From contig PCYA01000017.1 of the NCBI GenBank assembly GCA_002762795.1, positions 801 to 64,800 on the forward strand: a DNA stretch of 64,000 nucleotides. Direction: 5' to 3'. Position 1 is the first letter of the stretch; every line of letters begins with the position of its first letter. Below, one piece after another: positions 9,796-19,653 of this stretch. Origin of the DNA: Candidatus Woesearchaeota archaeon CG10_big_fil_rev_8_21_14_0_10_37_12 (GTDB lineage: Archaea; Nanobdellota; Nanobdellia; Woesearchaeales; ARS49). The position numbers were made by a program, and so were the translations under genes. Under the pieces are notes generated by a model. It saw only the letters and a program-made list of their open reading frames with translations, was not told where the DNA came from and did no database searches.

Positions 9796-10339
9796 AAAAT
9801 TTGTTGTACTCGGAATTATTCTTTTCCCACTTTTTTGTTTATTGCTAAGCTTCACTATATTATATACGGATCCGGGATTTACATATTTGCTCCTTGAAAA
9901 AGAACATATTGCGGATACAAAACAACTCTTTTCCTATTTTGCAGGCGAATCAGACCTTCCTGCAGTTTTTAATGAACAGGAAAAAGCACATTTGCAAGAT
10001 GTCAGAAAGGTACTTAAGTCAGCGTTTGCTTTTTCATTAATAATTCTTATTAGCTTTTTAGCTTGCTTTTTTACTAACTGGAGAAAAATCACAAAATACG
10101 GATTTCACTTATTTATTTCTATTTGCTTATTGGCGTTTATCGTACCATTTGACTCGCTATTTACAAAGTTTCACCACGTATTTTTCCCACAAGGAAACTG
10201 GCAGTTTTCCGTTAGCAGCACCATAATTTCATACTACTCGCAAACTTTTTTTATCAGCTACTTTCACGCAATTATTATTCACGCTTTGCTGATCGCAATC
10301 AGTTTCTTTGTGTTTGAATTTGTCTCAAGAAAGCGATAA
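9776..10339 (+). CDS. hypothetical polytopic membrane protein
   Basis: ORF track gives 9722, but the first in-frame ATG is 9776, overlapping the metG end by 20 nt; 5-6 TM helices. Confidence 0.4.
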   Translation: MEQRYDKKFVVLGIILFPLFCLLLSFTILYTDPGFTYLLLEKEHIADTKQLFSYFAGESDLPAVFNEQEKAHLQDVRKVLKSAFAFSLIILISFLACFFTNWRKITKYGFHLFISICLLAFIVPFDSLFTKFHHVFFPQGNWQFSVSSTIISYYSQTFFISYFHAIIIHALLIAISFFVFEFVSRKR

Positions 10340-10475
10340 AAAATTCTGCCCTATGTAACCCTTATTTCAAATACTATTTTTTTTACAATATCTTTTTCAC
10401 TACGTATAAACTTAAATAGGGTATGAGTATTTGAGAATAGTAACAAAATTACCAACTACGTAAAGGGGGTTTCCG

Positions 10476-11714
10476 ATGAAAAAAACAGTATTACTAGCGG
10501 CTATCGCGATTTTGCTTTTAGTTGTTGCATGCGCACCGACAGCACCAGATAATGGAACAAACGAAACAACAGAAGAACCAATAAATAATTCTGCAGATAC
10601 AACAGTAGATACAACGGATGCTGAGGATTCAAATGGCGCAGAAGAACAAACACAAGAAATTTCAGAATCAGAAGAAGCTGAATCTGCAGAAGAAGTTGAC
10701 CTTAGTGATGTTCCAAAGAAACAAGTTACAGAAGGGGACCTTGTCGGCTTTCCTAACTTACGCGCAGTAGACCCTGACGGAGACCCAATCATATATACTT
10801 TCACTGCGCCACTTAATGAGAATGGCGAGTGGAGAACAAAAGAAGGAGATGCAGGAGAACATGTTGTTACTATTACAGCAAGTGACGGAACACACACAGT
10901 ATCTCAGCAAGTTCTCATAACTGTGTTGGCAAAAAATAAAGCACCAGTAATAATGCTTGATCAAGAAGAACCAATAGTTGCATTAGAAGGGGAAACATTC
11001 ACACTTACATCAACTGTTACAGACCCTGACGGAGATGATGTTAAAGTGACATACTCTGGATGGATGACTTCTGACACGCGGGAAGTAAGTTATGATGAAG
11101 CAGGATTGCGCAAAGTTGTAATAACAGCAACAGACGGTAGCGCAACCACAGCAAAAGAAGTACTTATACAAGTAGAAAACGTTAACAGAGCACCAACAAT
11201 ATCCTCAATAAACAATGTAGAAATCAAAGAAGGAGAAAAAATTATTGTTCGACCAACGACACAAGATCCAGATGGTGACAAACTCGTTATAACATACAGT
11301 GAACAGTTTGATGATCTTGGCGTATGGATCACAGAAGCAGGCGATGCAGGAGAATACACGATTACTATAACAGTAAGTGATGGTGAATTTACAGCAGAAG
11401 AAACGTTTAACGTCAAAATAAACGAAATTAATAAAGCACCAGTAATTGAGTTAGACAGCCCAATACAAGTCAGAGAAGGAGAAACAGTGACATTGACACC
11501 AACAATCACAGACAAAGAAGGAGATGAAATAAGAGTAACTTACTCTGGCTGGATGAATAGCAACACAAAAAGAACAACATACGATGATGCAGGAGACCAT
11601 ACAGTAACAATAACAGCAAGAGACTCAGCAGGCAACGAAGCAAAAATGGATGTTGTAATTTCTGTTGAAAATGTAAACAGACAGCCAATCTTTGGAGCAG
11701 GAAGCTTTAATTAA
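10476..11714 (+). CDS. cell-surface protein with four tandem cadherin-like repeats
   Basis: Signal peptide ending in a lipobox-like VVAC, acidic linker, then four ~85-aa repeats each with DPDGD and VENVNRAP-type (cadherin DxNDN-AP-like) motifs; strong SD aaggggg upstream. Confidence 0.7.
   Translation: MKKTVLLAAIAILLLVVACAPTAPDNGTNETTEEPINNSADTTVDTTDAEDSNGAEEQTQEISESEEAESAEEVDLSDVPKKQVTEGDLVGFPNLRAVDPDGDPIIYTFTAPLNENGEWRTKEGDAGEHVVTITASDGTHTVSQQVLITVLAKNKAPVIMLDQEEPIVALEGETFTLTSTVTDPDGDDVKVTYSGWMTSDTREVSYDEAGLRKVVITATDGSATTAKEVLIQVENVNRAPTISSINNVEIKEGEKIIVRPTTQDPDGDKLVITYSEQFDDLGVWITEAGDAGEYTITITVSDGEFTAEETFNVKINEINKAPVIELDSPIQVREGETVTLTPTITDKEGDEIRVTYSGWMNSNTKRTTYDDAGDHTVTITARDSAGNEAKMDVVISVENVNRQPIFGAGSFN
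10731..11705 (+). repeat. intragenic tandem repeats (4 x ~250 bp) encoding the cadherin-like domains
   Basis: Periodic recurrence of gacccwgayggwgay and gaaaaygtwaacag(a)gcacca. Confidence 0.5.
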
Positions 11715-11761
11715 CTTTTATTTTTTTTAATTACTTTTTTTAGTATTTTTTTCTCAGAGGG

Positions 11762-11769
11762 TTTATAAG
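11762..11769 (+). promoter_or_regulatory. TATA box for the sigma-54-type AAA+ gene (leaderless)
   Basis: tttataag 23 bp upstream of the ATG at 11792, preceded by a T-rich terminator of the upstream gene. Confidence 0.35.
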
Positions 11770-11791
11770 TCAACAATATTTTAATAAGAAC

Positions 11792-12949
11792 ATGAGTGGA
11801 GCAGGAACTAGTAGAGGCATATCTCACTATGACCCATATACGGGAAGATATTCTGTAAATGGATCTGAAGGAAAAAGAAATGCTATTATTGGCAAATCTG
11901 GGCCTATGATTGGCCTTTTTTATGTTGTAGATGGACTAGCAAACGGAAATTGTCCTGTCAGGATTCATGGAGAAACAGGCACTGGAAAAGAATCAGTGGC
12001 GCGTGCTTTACATTATAATGGTAAACGTGCTCAGTTCCCTTTCGTTATTGAAAATTGTGGAGGAGTGCCTCCTCAGCTTTTAGAAGATAGACTATTTGGT
12101 CACGTAAAAGGCGCGTTTACAGGTGCAGTCAATTCATATTCTGGAAGTATTGTTAACGCAAATGGAGGCACGCTGTTTTTGGATGAAATTGGTGATATGC
12201 CTCTTGAATTGCAGGGTAAACTTCTTCGTGTGCTTGAAGAACGTGAAGTTGTTCCATTGGGAAGTACAACACCTGTGCCTGTTGATTTTCGTCTTGTTAC
12301 TGCAACACATAGAGATTTAGAAGAATTAACTCGAGAAAGAAGGTTCAGAAAAGATTTGTTTTACCGAATTTCTGGCTGGAACTTAGATGTTCCTTCACTG
12401 AGTGAACGAGAAGATGATGTATTGCAGCTAACAGATTATTTTCTTTCACGATACGCCCCAGATAAAGATATTGCATTATCCAACAAATTAATTCAGGAGT
12501 TGAAGCATCATTCTTGGCCAGGCAACATACGCCAATTGGAATCCGCAGTGCACCGAGCAGTAACAGCGCATTATGGATTTTTTAACTCGCAAAATGATAT
12601 TTTATTAGTTTCTGATTTTGAACCTAACTTTGGTGCACATACAACTCTCGATACAAAACAAACTCCGCGCCTTCACTATCTGAAAGTAGGCGTTGTCTCA
12701 TATTCAGAACTACAACAAATTGATGGCGTCCTTACTGGAAATGCACTCCGTCAAGTTCTTTCTGCGCATGGACAACCAATTTCTCAAAATGGAAACGCAC
12801 CAGAACTCTATGTTGTTACCGAAAGAACACTTCCTTACTTGGTTTCACCACAAGCAGCAAACCGTTCTGCAACAGTAGGAAGACTAGATGTTCTGCTTAC
12901 AGAAAGAGACGCAGTTATACAAGCTTTAAGAACCTCTCTTAATACCTAA
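11792..12949 (+). CDS. sigma-54 interaction (bEBP-type AAA+) domain protein, no receiver or HTH domain
   Basis: Walker A GETGTGKE, ...NCGGVPPQLLEDRLFGHVKGAFTGA with an intact GAFTGA loop, Walker B GGTLFLDEIGDM, Arg fingers, WPGNIRQL; CGT/CTT-rich codon usage unlike neighbours. Confidence 0.85.
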   Translation: MSGAGTSRGISHYDPYTGRYSVNGSEGKRNAIIGKSGPMIGLFYVVDGLANGNCPVRIHGETGTGKESVARALHYNGKRAQFPFVIENCGGVPPQLLEDRLFGHVKGAFTGAVNSYSGSIVNANGGTLFLDEIGDMPLELQGKLLRVLEEREVVPLGSTTPVPVDFRLVTATHRDLEELTRERRFRKDLFYRISGWNLDVPSLSEREDDVLQLTDYFLSRYAPDKDIALSNKLIQELKHHSWPGNIRQLESAVHRAVTAHYGFFNSQNDILLVSDFEPNFGAHTTLDTKQTPRLHYLKVGVVSYSELQQIDGVLTGNALRQVLSAHGQPISQNGNAPELYVVTERTLPYLVSPQAANRSATVGRLDVLLTERDAVIQALRTSLNT

Positions 12950-13582
12950 CACTTTTAATTTTCTGTGTAAAGTTTCAAATCGCAAACCGATTTTTCTGGC
13001 AGTTTTGGAAATATTCCATTTGTTTTCTTCTAATGCTTTTTCAAAATACATTTTTTCAAACTCTAATTCTGCTTCTTTTAATGTTGCAGGTTTTTCAGGA
13101 AGTTCTTTGCTAATGTCTTCAGAAAGTTGTGGAGCTTCAGCATAAAATGCTTTGTATCGATCAAGACTTAACGCGCTTTTGTACTGTTCTAAAGAGTCTT
13201 GAATTATGTCTTGCACGGCCAAGCGCTTCACGTATTTTCCTTTTTGCATGATGTCGCGAAATTTTTCAACTTCAATTTTCATTTCAGCAATAAAGCGATG
13301 AATGCTTCGCCTATCAACATTGGCAAATTTTGCAACATCTGCAACATTGCCAAAATTTAATTGCAATAGCTTAGCAACATATTCTTTTTTGAATTTCTTT
13401 TTTGCTTGCTTGAACTTTAAATTTGTATTAATTTCAAAATCCAGCAAGCTGCTTTTTTTGAGCTTGTCAGAAATATCGCTTTCTAGCTCAGTAATTGTAA
13501 TGCCGAGTTTTGTGTGCATAGCATCTTCTAACAAAGGTTTAATTTTTTGTTCTACAAGGCGCTCTAATTGCTCATCAATCAT
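12926..13582 (-). CDS. protein with two Fis-type HTH_8 domains
   Basis: FGNVADVAKFANVDRRSIHRF and EENKWNISKTARKIGLRFETLHRKLK both match the HTH_8 consensus (GN.s.AA..LGisR.TLyRKLK); convergent with, and overlapping by 24 nt, the AAA+ gene. Confidence 0.7.
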   Translation of the reverse strand: MIDEQLERLVEQKIKPLLEDAMHTKLGITITELESDISDKLKKSSLLDFEINTNLKFKQAKKKFKKEYVAKLLQLNFGNVADVAKFANVDRRSIHRFIAEMKIEVEKFRDIMQKGKYVKRLAVQDIIQDSLEQYKSALSLDRYKAFYAEAPQLSEDISKELPEKPATLKEAELEFEKMYFEKALEENKWNISKTARKIGLRFETLHRKLKVLGIKRGS

Positions 13583-13645
13583 GACTGAATTGTCACAGTT
13601 TTATTATTTAAATGTTTTGCAAAAACTGTGACAAAAAAAGCACAT

Positions 13646-14491
13646 TTACTTAAATAGCCAGCCAAATAAACTTCTAAAAAAATCAGTAATTGCAGAAGTA
13701 GCTTTAATTGTTGCAGACTCTTCAAAATTTTTGCCTTCTAAATCAATAGTTTCTTCTTCAACAGTTTCGGGCTGTTCACTACTTTCTTCTTTTTTGTCTT
13801 CTTTCTTTGGGCGAGCAGAATCTTTCATCTGTTCGATTTCCTCAGCAGACAATTCCTTCACACAAGAACAAGAAGAGCAAACAGCATTGTCTTCACAATT
13901 GTCATCTGTTTCACATTCTTCAGGACTGTCAACATAACCATCACCACAGGAAACAACTCGTTTTTCCAAAGCAGCTTTTGCAATATCGCATGTGCACTTT
14001 GAATTGCACGTTCCGTACTCTGCACTTGAACGTCCAAAACAAATCTCTCCAGGAGGATCGCATGATTCGCCTTTATCTTTTTCCACAATATCGTTTCCAC
14101 AACTGTTTTGTGGAACATTTGTTGTTCTTCTAGTCGTTGATGTATTTGCTGAGCTGCTAGTTTTTACGCAAGCACCAGCATAACATTTGTCATAACCTTG
14201 ACGAACACAATCATAAACTTCACTCTTTCTCTGATCTTGAGAATTGCAAAAATATTCACGTAACCAAACACCTGTTTCAATAGACACACCATCTCTACTG
14301 GTCAAACAAGTATCATACATGGGAGTAATTCCGTATTTAACGTTGCCTTTTGTTTCCAAGGCTACATCGTTACTATCTCCTCCGCCATTGTCAGAATCAG
14401 TGCATAATTTCGGAGGATCTGCAGCCAATACTGAAACTGCTAAACTCAAAAATATAAATATTGCCAACCATCTCATATTTTGGAACAACAT
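13646..14491 (-). CDS. secreted cysteine-rich protein
   Basis: Signal peptide, 28 Cys, acidic C-terminal tail. Confidence 0.45.
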   Translation of the reverse strand: MLFQNMRWLAIFIFLSLAVSVLAADPPKLCTDSDNGGGDSNDVALETKGNVKYGITPMYDTCLTSRDGVSIETGVWLREYFCNSQDQRKSEVYDCVRQGYDKCYAGACVKTSSSANTSTTRRTTNVPQNSCGNDIVEKDKGESCDPPGEICFGRSSAEYGTCNSKCTCDIAKAALEKRVVSCGDGYVDSPEECETDDNCEDNAVCSSCSCVKELSAEEIEQMKDSARPKKEDKKEESSEQPETVEEETIDLEGKNFEESATIKATSAITDFFRSLFGWLFK

Positions 14492-14560
14492 GAAACAAGC
14501 TTATAAAGATTACGCTTTATCTCCGAAACACATATAAACTAATTTAATGGCAGATACTAC

Positions 14561-15475
14561 ATGAAATCAAGGTGGCTTTTTGGGGTACTTATCAGCATTT
14601 TTCTATTTCCTATCGCTTTTGCAGCAAACATCAATGAATCATCAACACTGTTAATCATGGATGATTCTCTTACAATAAATACTTTGTTTGATCTGTATAC
14701 AGAAGAACCAATCAAGAACCTTACACTCATCCTTCCTGAACAAAGCAAAAACCTTGACGTTCAAATAGATAACCAAGAAAGAAAATGTTTGCTTCAGGCA
14801 ACCTTTGCGCGATGCGGAGAACTAGAAAAAGGAAATCACATGATAAATTATAGTTATTTTTCTAAATACCCCATTGCAAAACTGGGCGAAAATACAGTAA
14901 TAAAATACGTTGATGAACTGCCATACACAGCAAATAGTCAAAAAGTAGAATTACAACTTCCTGTAGGTTATGTCATTCCAAGAGAAACCGGAAAAGACGA
15001 ACGATTTTACATTAACCCAAAACCAGAAGGAGTTCATTCTGATGGACAAAGAATCATATTAACTTGGCGACAAAAAGGACAAATGCTGAGCATATCTGTT
15101 CTTACAAAAAAACTCACAACATTGTCAACGGGCTGGATTGCTTTTTTTATCTTGCTAGCAATTGTTCTCGCAGCAATAGTTGCGTTCTTTGTTCTGCGGA
15201 CAGACCACAAAAAAATACAGAAAAAATCTGAACAAAAAATCAAACCAAAACAAAAACCAAAAGAAGAAGTCATTCCAGGCTTAATGGAAGCAGAACAAAA
15301 AGTAGTAGATATTCTCAAAGAAAAAGGAGAAATCTGGCAAAAACAATTACTACAAGAAACAGGATTCTCCAAAGCAAAACTCAGCAGAACGATCCGTAAC
15401 TTAGAACAGCGAGAAGTTGTTACAAGAACGATTTATGGCAATGCGAACAAGATTTCATTAAAAAATAGACAGTAA
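14561..15475 (+). CDS. membrane-anchored winged-helix protein (extracellular domain, TM, cytoplasmic wHTH)
   Basis: Signal peptide, ~170-aa ectodomain, TM helix (WIAFFILLAIVLAAIVAFFVL), then C-terminal MarR/TrmB-like wHTH (EIWQKQLLQETGFSKAKLSRTIRNLEQREVV). Confidence 0.5.
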   Translation: MKSRWLFGVLISIFLFPIAFAANINESSTLLIMDDSLTINTLFDLYTEEPIKNLTLILPEQSKNLDVQIDNQERKCLLQATFARCGELEKGNHMINYSYFSKYPIAKLGENTVIKYVDELPYTANSQKVELQLPVGYVIPRETGKDERFYINPKPEGVHSDGQRIILTWRQKGQMLSISVLTKKLTTLSTGWIAFFILLAIVLAAIVAFFVLRTDHKKIQKKSEQKIKPKQKPKEEVIPGLMEAEQKVVDILKEKGEIWQKQLLQETGFSKAKLSRTIRNLEQREVVTRTIYGNANKISLKNRQ

Positions 15476-15722
15476 GTATCATGAGGCAAACCGTTGACTG
15501 CTTACTGCATACCTCTTGCTGTTTACTATGTCGTTCCACTTTGTTCCATATTGTTTCACGAAGTTATTAAATACTCTCACATATGCTATGATCTTAGAAG
15601 CCACCATCCACGAGTATGCGAAGGGTTCAGCAATGGACCCTCGCTACTCTATTTTCTAAAACTATCTGTTTTACTATACAAACAATTTTAAATACCTCTT
15701 TTGCTTTGTTTATTGAAGTACT

Positions 15723-16964
15723 ATGGTTAGTGATGCAGGACTTGAAAAGATTCTTAGTATTGGTTCAGAAATCACGCTAACTGATTTTAGACGAATTATT
15801 GAACTCATGCGTATAGAGAATATGCGAGTCATATCTTGTAGAGCAGGACAAGAAATCGCAAACAGAATTACAGATCATTTATCTGCCAACATTCGCAAAG
15901 AATTCGGATCAAAATTTCCTAAACTTGCTGACGGTCTAGTTGATACAAGCTCGCGTTTATTGCCTGTGGGAATCAAAAATCATCCTGATGGTGAAACATA
16001 TGCACGGATAGATGCGGATGTAAGTGGACGAGATGTCTATGTTGTCCAAACCTTTCCAAATCCAAATGAAGATATTATGGAACTAGTTACAATGTGTGAT
16101 GCTCTTCATCGTTCTGGCGCAGATAACATTACGATAGTCGCCCCCTATTTACCTTATCAACGGCAAGACAGACAAGTAGGACACCGTGAACCTATAACTG
16201 CAACAGCCCTTTTTCGCTTGTTAGAATCTGTTGGAAAAGGAATATATAGATTTATCACATTTGATTTGCATTCTCCTCAAGTACAAGGAAGTCCAAGCGC
16301 GCCTGTTCAAAATTTATCAGCAGTTCCCCTTTTTGCAGCGCATTACCGTCAAACACTTGCACATCTTTATGACCACGCTTCTGGCGGAGGCAATGGTTTC
16401 TTAGAACGTAATTTATCTGTATTTTCTCCAGATGCAGGAGGAGTTCCACGCGCAGCAAAATTAGCAGAATTATTGGGAGTTGCTCCACGAGCACTTCTTA
16501 AAAGAAGACCTGCACAAGGAGAAGTTAGTACTGATATGTACGTTTTTGACTGGGATCATGATGATGGCGCAAGTGTCATTCTTGTTGATGATATGGTTGA
16601 CACAGGAGGAACAATAGCAGCTGCAGCGTCTTATCTAAGAGATAAAGGTCTCCGAGTATATCTTTGTGCAACTCACGCTCTTATGAGTGAAAAAGAACAG
16701 AAGGGAACGGTTATTCGTGCATATAAAGACAATATTAAACCCTCAGGAGCACACTTTCTCACTACAGATTCTTTGCCAGAAAGAGGTGAGCTTTACGCAC
16801 AAAATGACGTTACTGTAGTTTCACTTGCGTACGATCTTGCATATGCAATATTTGCAAGACAAGCACGAAGATCTATCAGGCGCTTTTTAGAAGCAAGAGA
16901 AACAACAAAATTAACATCTCACAAACTTGACATTCTTACATCAGGCAATCAAAGAATACGCTAA
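15723..16964 (+). CDS. prs: ribose-phosphate pyrophosphokinase (PRPP synthetase)
   Basis: DGETYARIDADVSGRDVYVVQTF, IVAPYLPYQRQDRQ, VDDMVDTGGTIAAAASYL PRPP-binding loop; N-terminal ~35 aa may be an over-extension. Confidence 0.85.
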   Translation: MVSDAGLEKILSIGSEITLTDFRRIIELMRIENMRVISCRAGQEIANRITDHLSANIRKEFGSKFPKLADGLVDTSSRLLPVGIKNHPDGETYARIDADVSGRDVYVVQTFPNPNEDIMELVTMCDALHRSGADNITIVAPYLPYQRQDRQVGHREPITATALFRLLESVGKGIYRFITFDLHSPQVQGSPSAPVQNLSAVPLFAAHYRQTLAHLYDHASGGGNGFLERNLSVFSPDAGGVPRAAKLAELLGVAPRALLKRRPAQGEVSTDMYVFDWDHDDGASVILVDDMVDTGGTIAAAASYLRDKGLRVYLCATHALMSEKEQKGTVIRAYKDNIKPSGAHFLTTDSLPERGELYAQNDVTVVSLAYDLAYAIFARQARRSIRRFLEARETTKLTSHKLDILTSGNQRIR

Positions 16965-16982
16965 ATATACTTTATTTTAGAA

Positions 16983-18872
16983 TTATCTGATCCGTACCGT
17001 CTCCAAATTCTTTGGAGCAACTGTTTCAATTCTGCCAAGCTTATGAATTGCTGACGCAAGATCAAGTACTTTTGTACTTTCGCCATGCTGAACAATAACT
17101 TTTTTAGGTCTTGGCTGGCATTTAAATACAAAATTCATCAATTGCTTTCTGTCAGAGTGATCAGTAACTGCAATTTTACAAACTTCAAGTTTCACAGGAA
17201 CCACTTCTTGTTTATTTCCGTTTTTGAAAATAATCTCGCTTTCACCACCAAAGATTCTTCTGCTTAATGTTCCTGGAGGCAAATAACACGTAAAAATAAT
17301 GCTGTTCTTCGGATTATCAGCAAGATGTTTAAAGTACTCAACAGAAGGACCACCAACCATCATACCAGACGTTGCCATAATGATGGCAGGTCCGGAATCC
17401 TCAATCACTTGCTTTCTTTCTTTTGCACTACCAACACGCTTGAAAATAGGATTCAAAAACGGGTTCTGATCTTTATGGAAAATAAGCTTCCTCAAACTAC
17501 TGTTCAGATATTCAGGGTATGCAGTATGAATTGCAGTAATATCCCAAACCATGCCATCAATATACACAGGAACTTCTTCAAGCTCACCACGACGGACCAT
17601 GCTCTCAACCATAACCATAATATCCTGAGCTCTGCCACTACCAAGAACAGGCATAAGTACTTTACCACCACGTTTTAACGTTAATTTAATCTGAGAACAT
17701 AACTGCTCATCTGCTTCATGCGCAGGAACACCAATATCAGTCTTACCACCATACGTACCTTCCATAATAACTGTCTCAAGACGAGGAAAAATTGTATGTG
17801 CAGGATCAAGCAAAGGAGTTTTACCATACTTCAAATCACCAGTGTACAACAAATTATGCAAACCATTACCAATATGCAAATGAGCCATTGAACTGCCAAG
17901 AATATGACCGGCACAATACAATGTTAAACGAACATCAGGAGTAATGTCAGAAACTTCCTCCCAATTTAAAGTTATACAATGTTTTACAAATTCTTTTACA
18001 TCATCAGTATCAAACAAAGGCTCTTTATTTTCAGACTTCATAATTTTTACCATGTCTAACATAAGCAATGCCGCAACATCACGTGTTGGTTCAGTACAGT
18101 ACACAGGACCTCTAAAACCCATTTTATAAAGATACGGGATAAACCCAGAGTGATCAATATGGGCGTGTGTTAAAACAATAGCATCAAGCTGCTGAATATT
18201 GAACTCAGGAGCGTCAAGAATAGGATATGCTTCAACACCTTCAGAAGAAACATCAATGCCACAATCAAGCAAAATTCTTGACTCAGGTGTCTGCAAAAAA
18301 ATACAACTCCTTCCAACTTGCCTAGCAGCACCAAGATGAGTTACACGAATCCATTCATGTTTTTTCTCTCTTAACCAGCCATCGTAAACTCTATGGCCTG
18401 TTTTATCCAAAAATTTTCTTCTTTCCTCGCTGTTTTCATGCAATACTGCCCTGATATTTTCTATCAGCTGTGATTTTAGTGCAGGAGTTCTTCTTATTTG
18501 AGGAATCCAAAAAGTTTTTTCACGAATATCCTTAAGCAAAGAACCTTGTTTGCCAATAGCTAGACCAGGTTTATCTGCTTCAATGATCACTATAGATCTT
18601 TTTTCGTCGAATAATACTTGAGAAACGCCGGCTTCTTCAGGCAAAATCTTGCGAATTTCTTTCTCTGATTTATCTTTATCTTCAGTAATGCTAGGATCAG
18701 GACGAAGCTCAACACGTTTTTTAAACTCATTCACAACTTCACGAATAATGTTAGAACTATCTAAGAAAAACTTTTTATCCTTTGTGTACAGCACAATGTT
18801 TGCACCCTCAAAAGATGCATCATCTATTTTACCTGATGGTAAAAACTTTAAGATTTCTTTAATGATTTCCAT
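16983..18872 (-). CDS. aCPSF1/FttA beta-CASP ribonuclease with N-terminal KH domains
   Basis: Two KH-like domains, metallo-beta-lactamase HAHIDHSG, beta-CASP and RMMBL C-terminal region; 629 aa typical of aCPSF1. Confidence 0.9.
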   Translation of the reverse strand: MEIIKEILKFLPSGKIDDASFEGANIVLYTKDKKFFLDSSNIIREVVNEFKKRVELRPDPSITEDKDKSEKEIRKILPEEAGVSQVLFDEKRSIVIIEADKPGLAIGKQGSLLKDIREKTFWIPQIRRTPALKSQLIENIRAVLHENSEERRKFLDKTGHRVYDGWLREKKHEWIRVTHLGAARQVGRSCIFLQTPESRILLDCGIDVSSEGVEAYPILDAPEFNIQQLDAIVLTHAHIDHSGFIPYLYKMGFRGPVYCTEPTRDVAALLMLDMVKIMKSENKEPLFDTDDVKEFVKHCITLNWEEVSDITPDVRLTLYCAGHILGSSMAHLHIGNGLHNLLYTGDLKYGKTPLLDPAHTIFPRLETVIMEGTYGGKTDIGVPAHEADEQLCSQIKLTLKRGGKVLMPVLGSGRAQDIMVMVESMVRRGELEEVPVYIDGMVWDITAIHTAYPEYLNSSLRKLIFHKDQNPFLNPIFKRVGSAKERKQVIEDSGPAIIMATSGMMVGGPSVEYFKHLADNPKNSIIFTCYLPPGTLSRRIFGGESEIIFKNGNKQEVVPVKLEVCKIAVTDHSDRKQLMNFVFKCQPRPKKVIVQHGESTKVLDLASAIHKLGRIETVAPKNLETVRIR

Positions 18873-18899
18873 TTTACAAGAATTTTTTATTATTCAAAT

Positions 18900-19547
18900 T
18901 TATATTTGAGGCATCACGATATTTAGCTCTTCATCAAGCGCTACTTTGATTCCTTTCTCGTCAATAATCCAAATTTCAATACCGTTGCCTGTTGCAGTAT
19001 CACGTTGTAATGCTGCGCTCAAGGCCCTCATTGCTAGTTTCACTCCGTCATCAACAGCTAATCCTTTTTTGTACAATGCTTCTAAAACACCAATTGCAAA
19101 AATACTTCCAGAACCATCAGAAACATAATCTTTCACGTTTGTAATACTTCCGTCAATACCTAAATCATACAAGTGTGAACCTTCATGATCAGAACCACCA
19201 AGCAAAAAGCTTACGATACCCGGAACCATACTTGGTTGTCTGATATTCGCGTACAACATATTTGCCAGCAAATTTGCTGTTTCTCGTACAGTTACATCAC
19301 GCAAAGTCTGCAAACTCTTTAATTTAACTTCAGCACGGATAAGTTTAATCATAAGTTGCGCATCAGAAACCAAACCAGCCATTGTTACAGCCATCTTGTC
19401 AGTAACTTTGTGCACCTTCTCTGCGTGCTTGTTCACAATAAAACCAGCAGTAGCACGTCTATCTGCAGCAAGAACAATACCGTTCTTACACACAATGCCT
19501 ACTGTAGTTGTTCCTTTCTGAAATTTTGCTTCAGCATCCATAATCAT
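18900..19547 (-). CDS. psmB: proteasome subunit beta
   Basis: Propeptide then TTTVGIVCKNGIVLAADRRATAG (active-site Thr), 215 aa. Confidence 0.9.
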   Translation of the reverse strand: MIMDAEAKFQKGTTTVGIVCKNGIVLAADRRATAGFIVNKHAEKVHKVTDKMAVTMAGLVSDAQLMIKLIRAEVKLKSLQTLRDVTVRETANLLANMLYANIRQPSMVPGIVSFLLGGSDHEGSHLYDLGIDGSITNVKDYVSDGSGSIFAIGVLEALYKKGLAVDDGVKLAMRALSAALQRDTATGNGIEIWIIDEKGIKVALDEELNIVMPQI

Positions 19548-19653
19548 AAACCCCTGAAGAATAATACCTCTTGGATTATCTGTGTTTGAGGGAGTATTTA
19601 AATGTTTTGGTTTTGATGGTGGTTTGGTGAAGAAACAATTTTAAGGCACATAC

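Noticed and set aside
15723-15830. N-terminal 35-aa extension on PRPP synthetase
   Set aside because: Most likely start-codon over-extension by the ORF caller (internal ATG at MRVIS); not treated as a novel domain.
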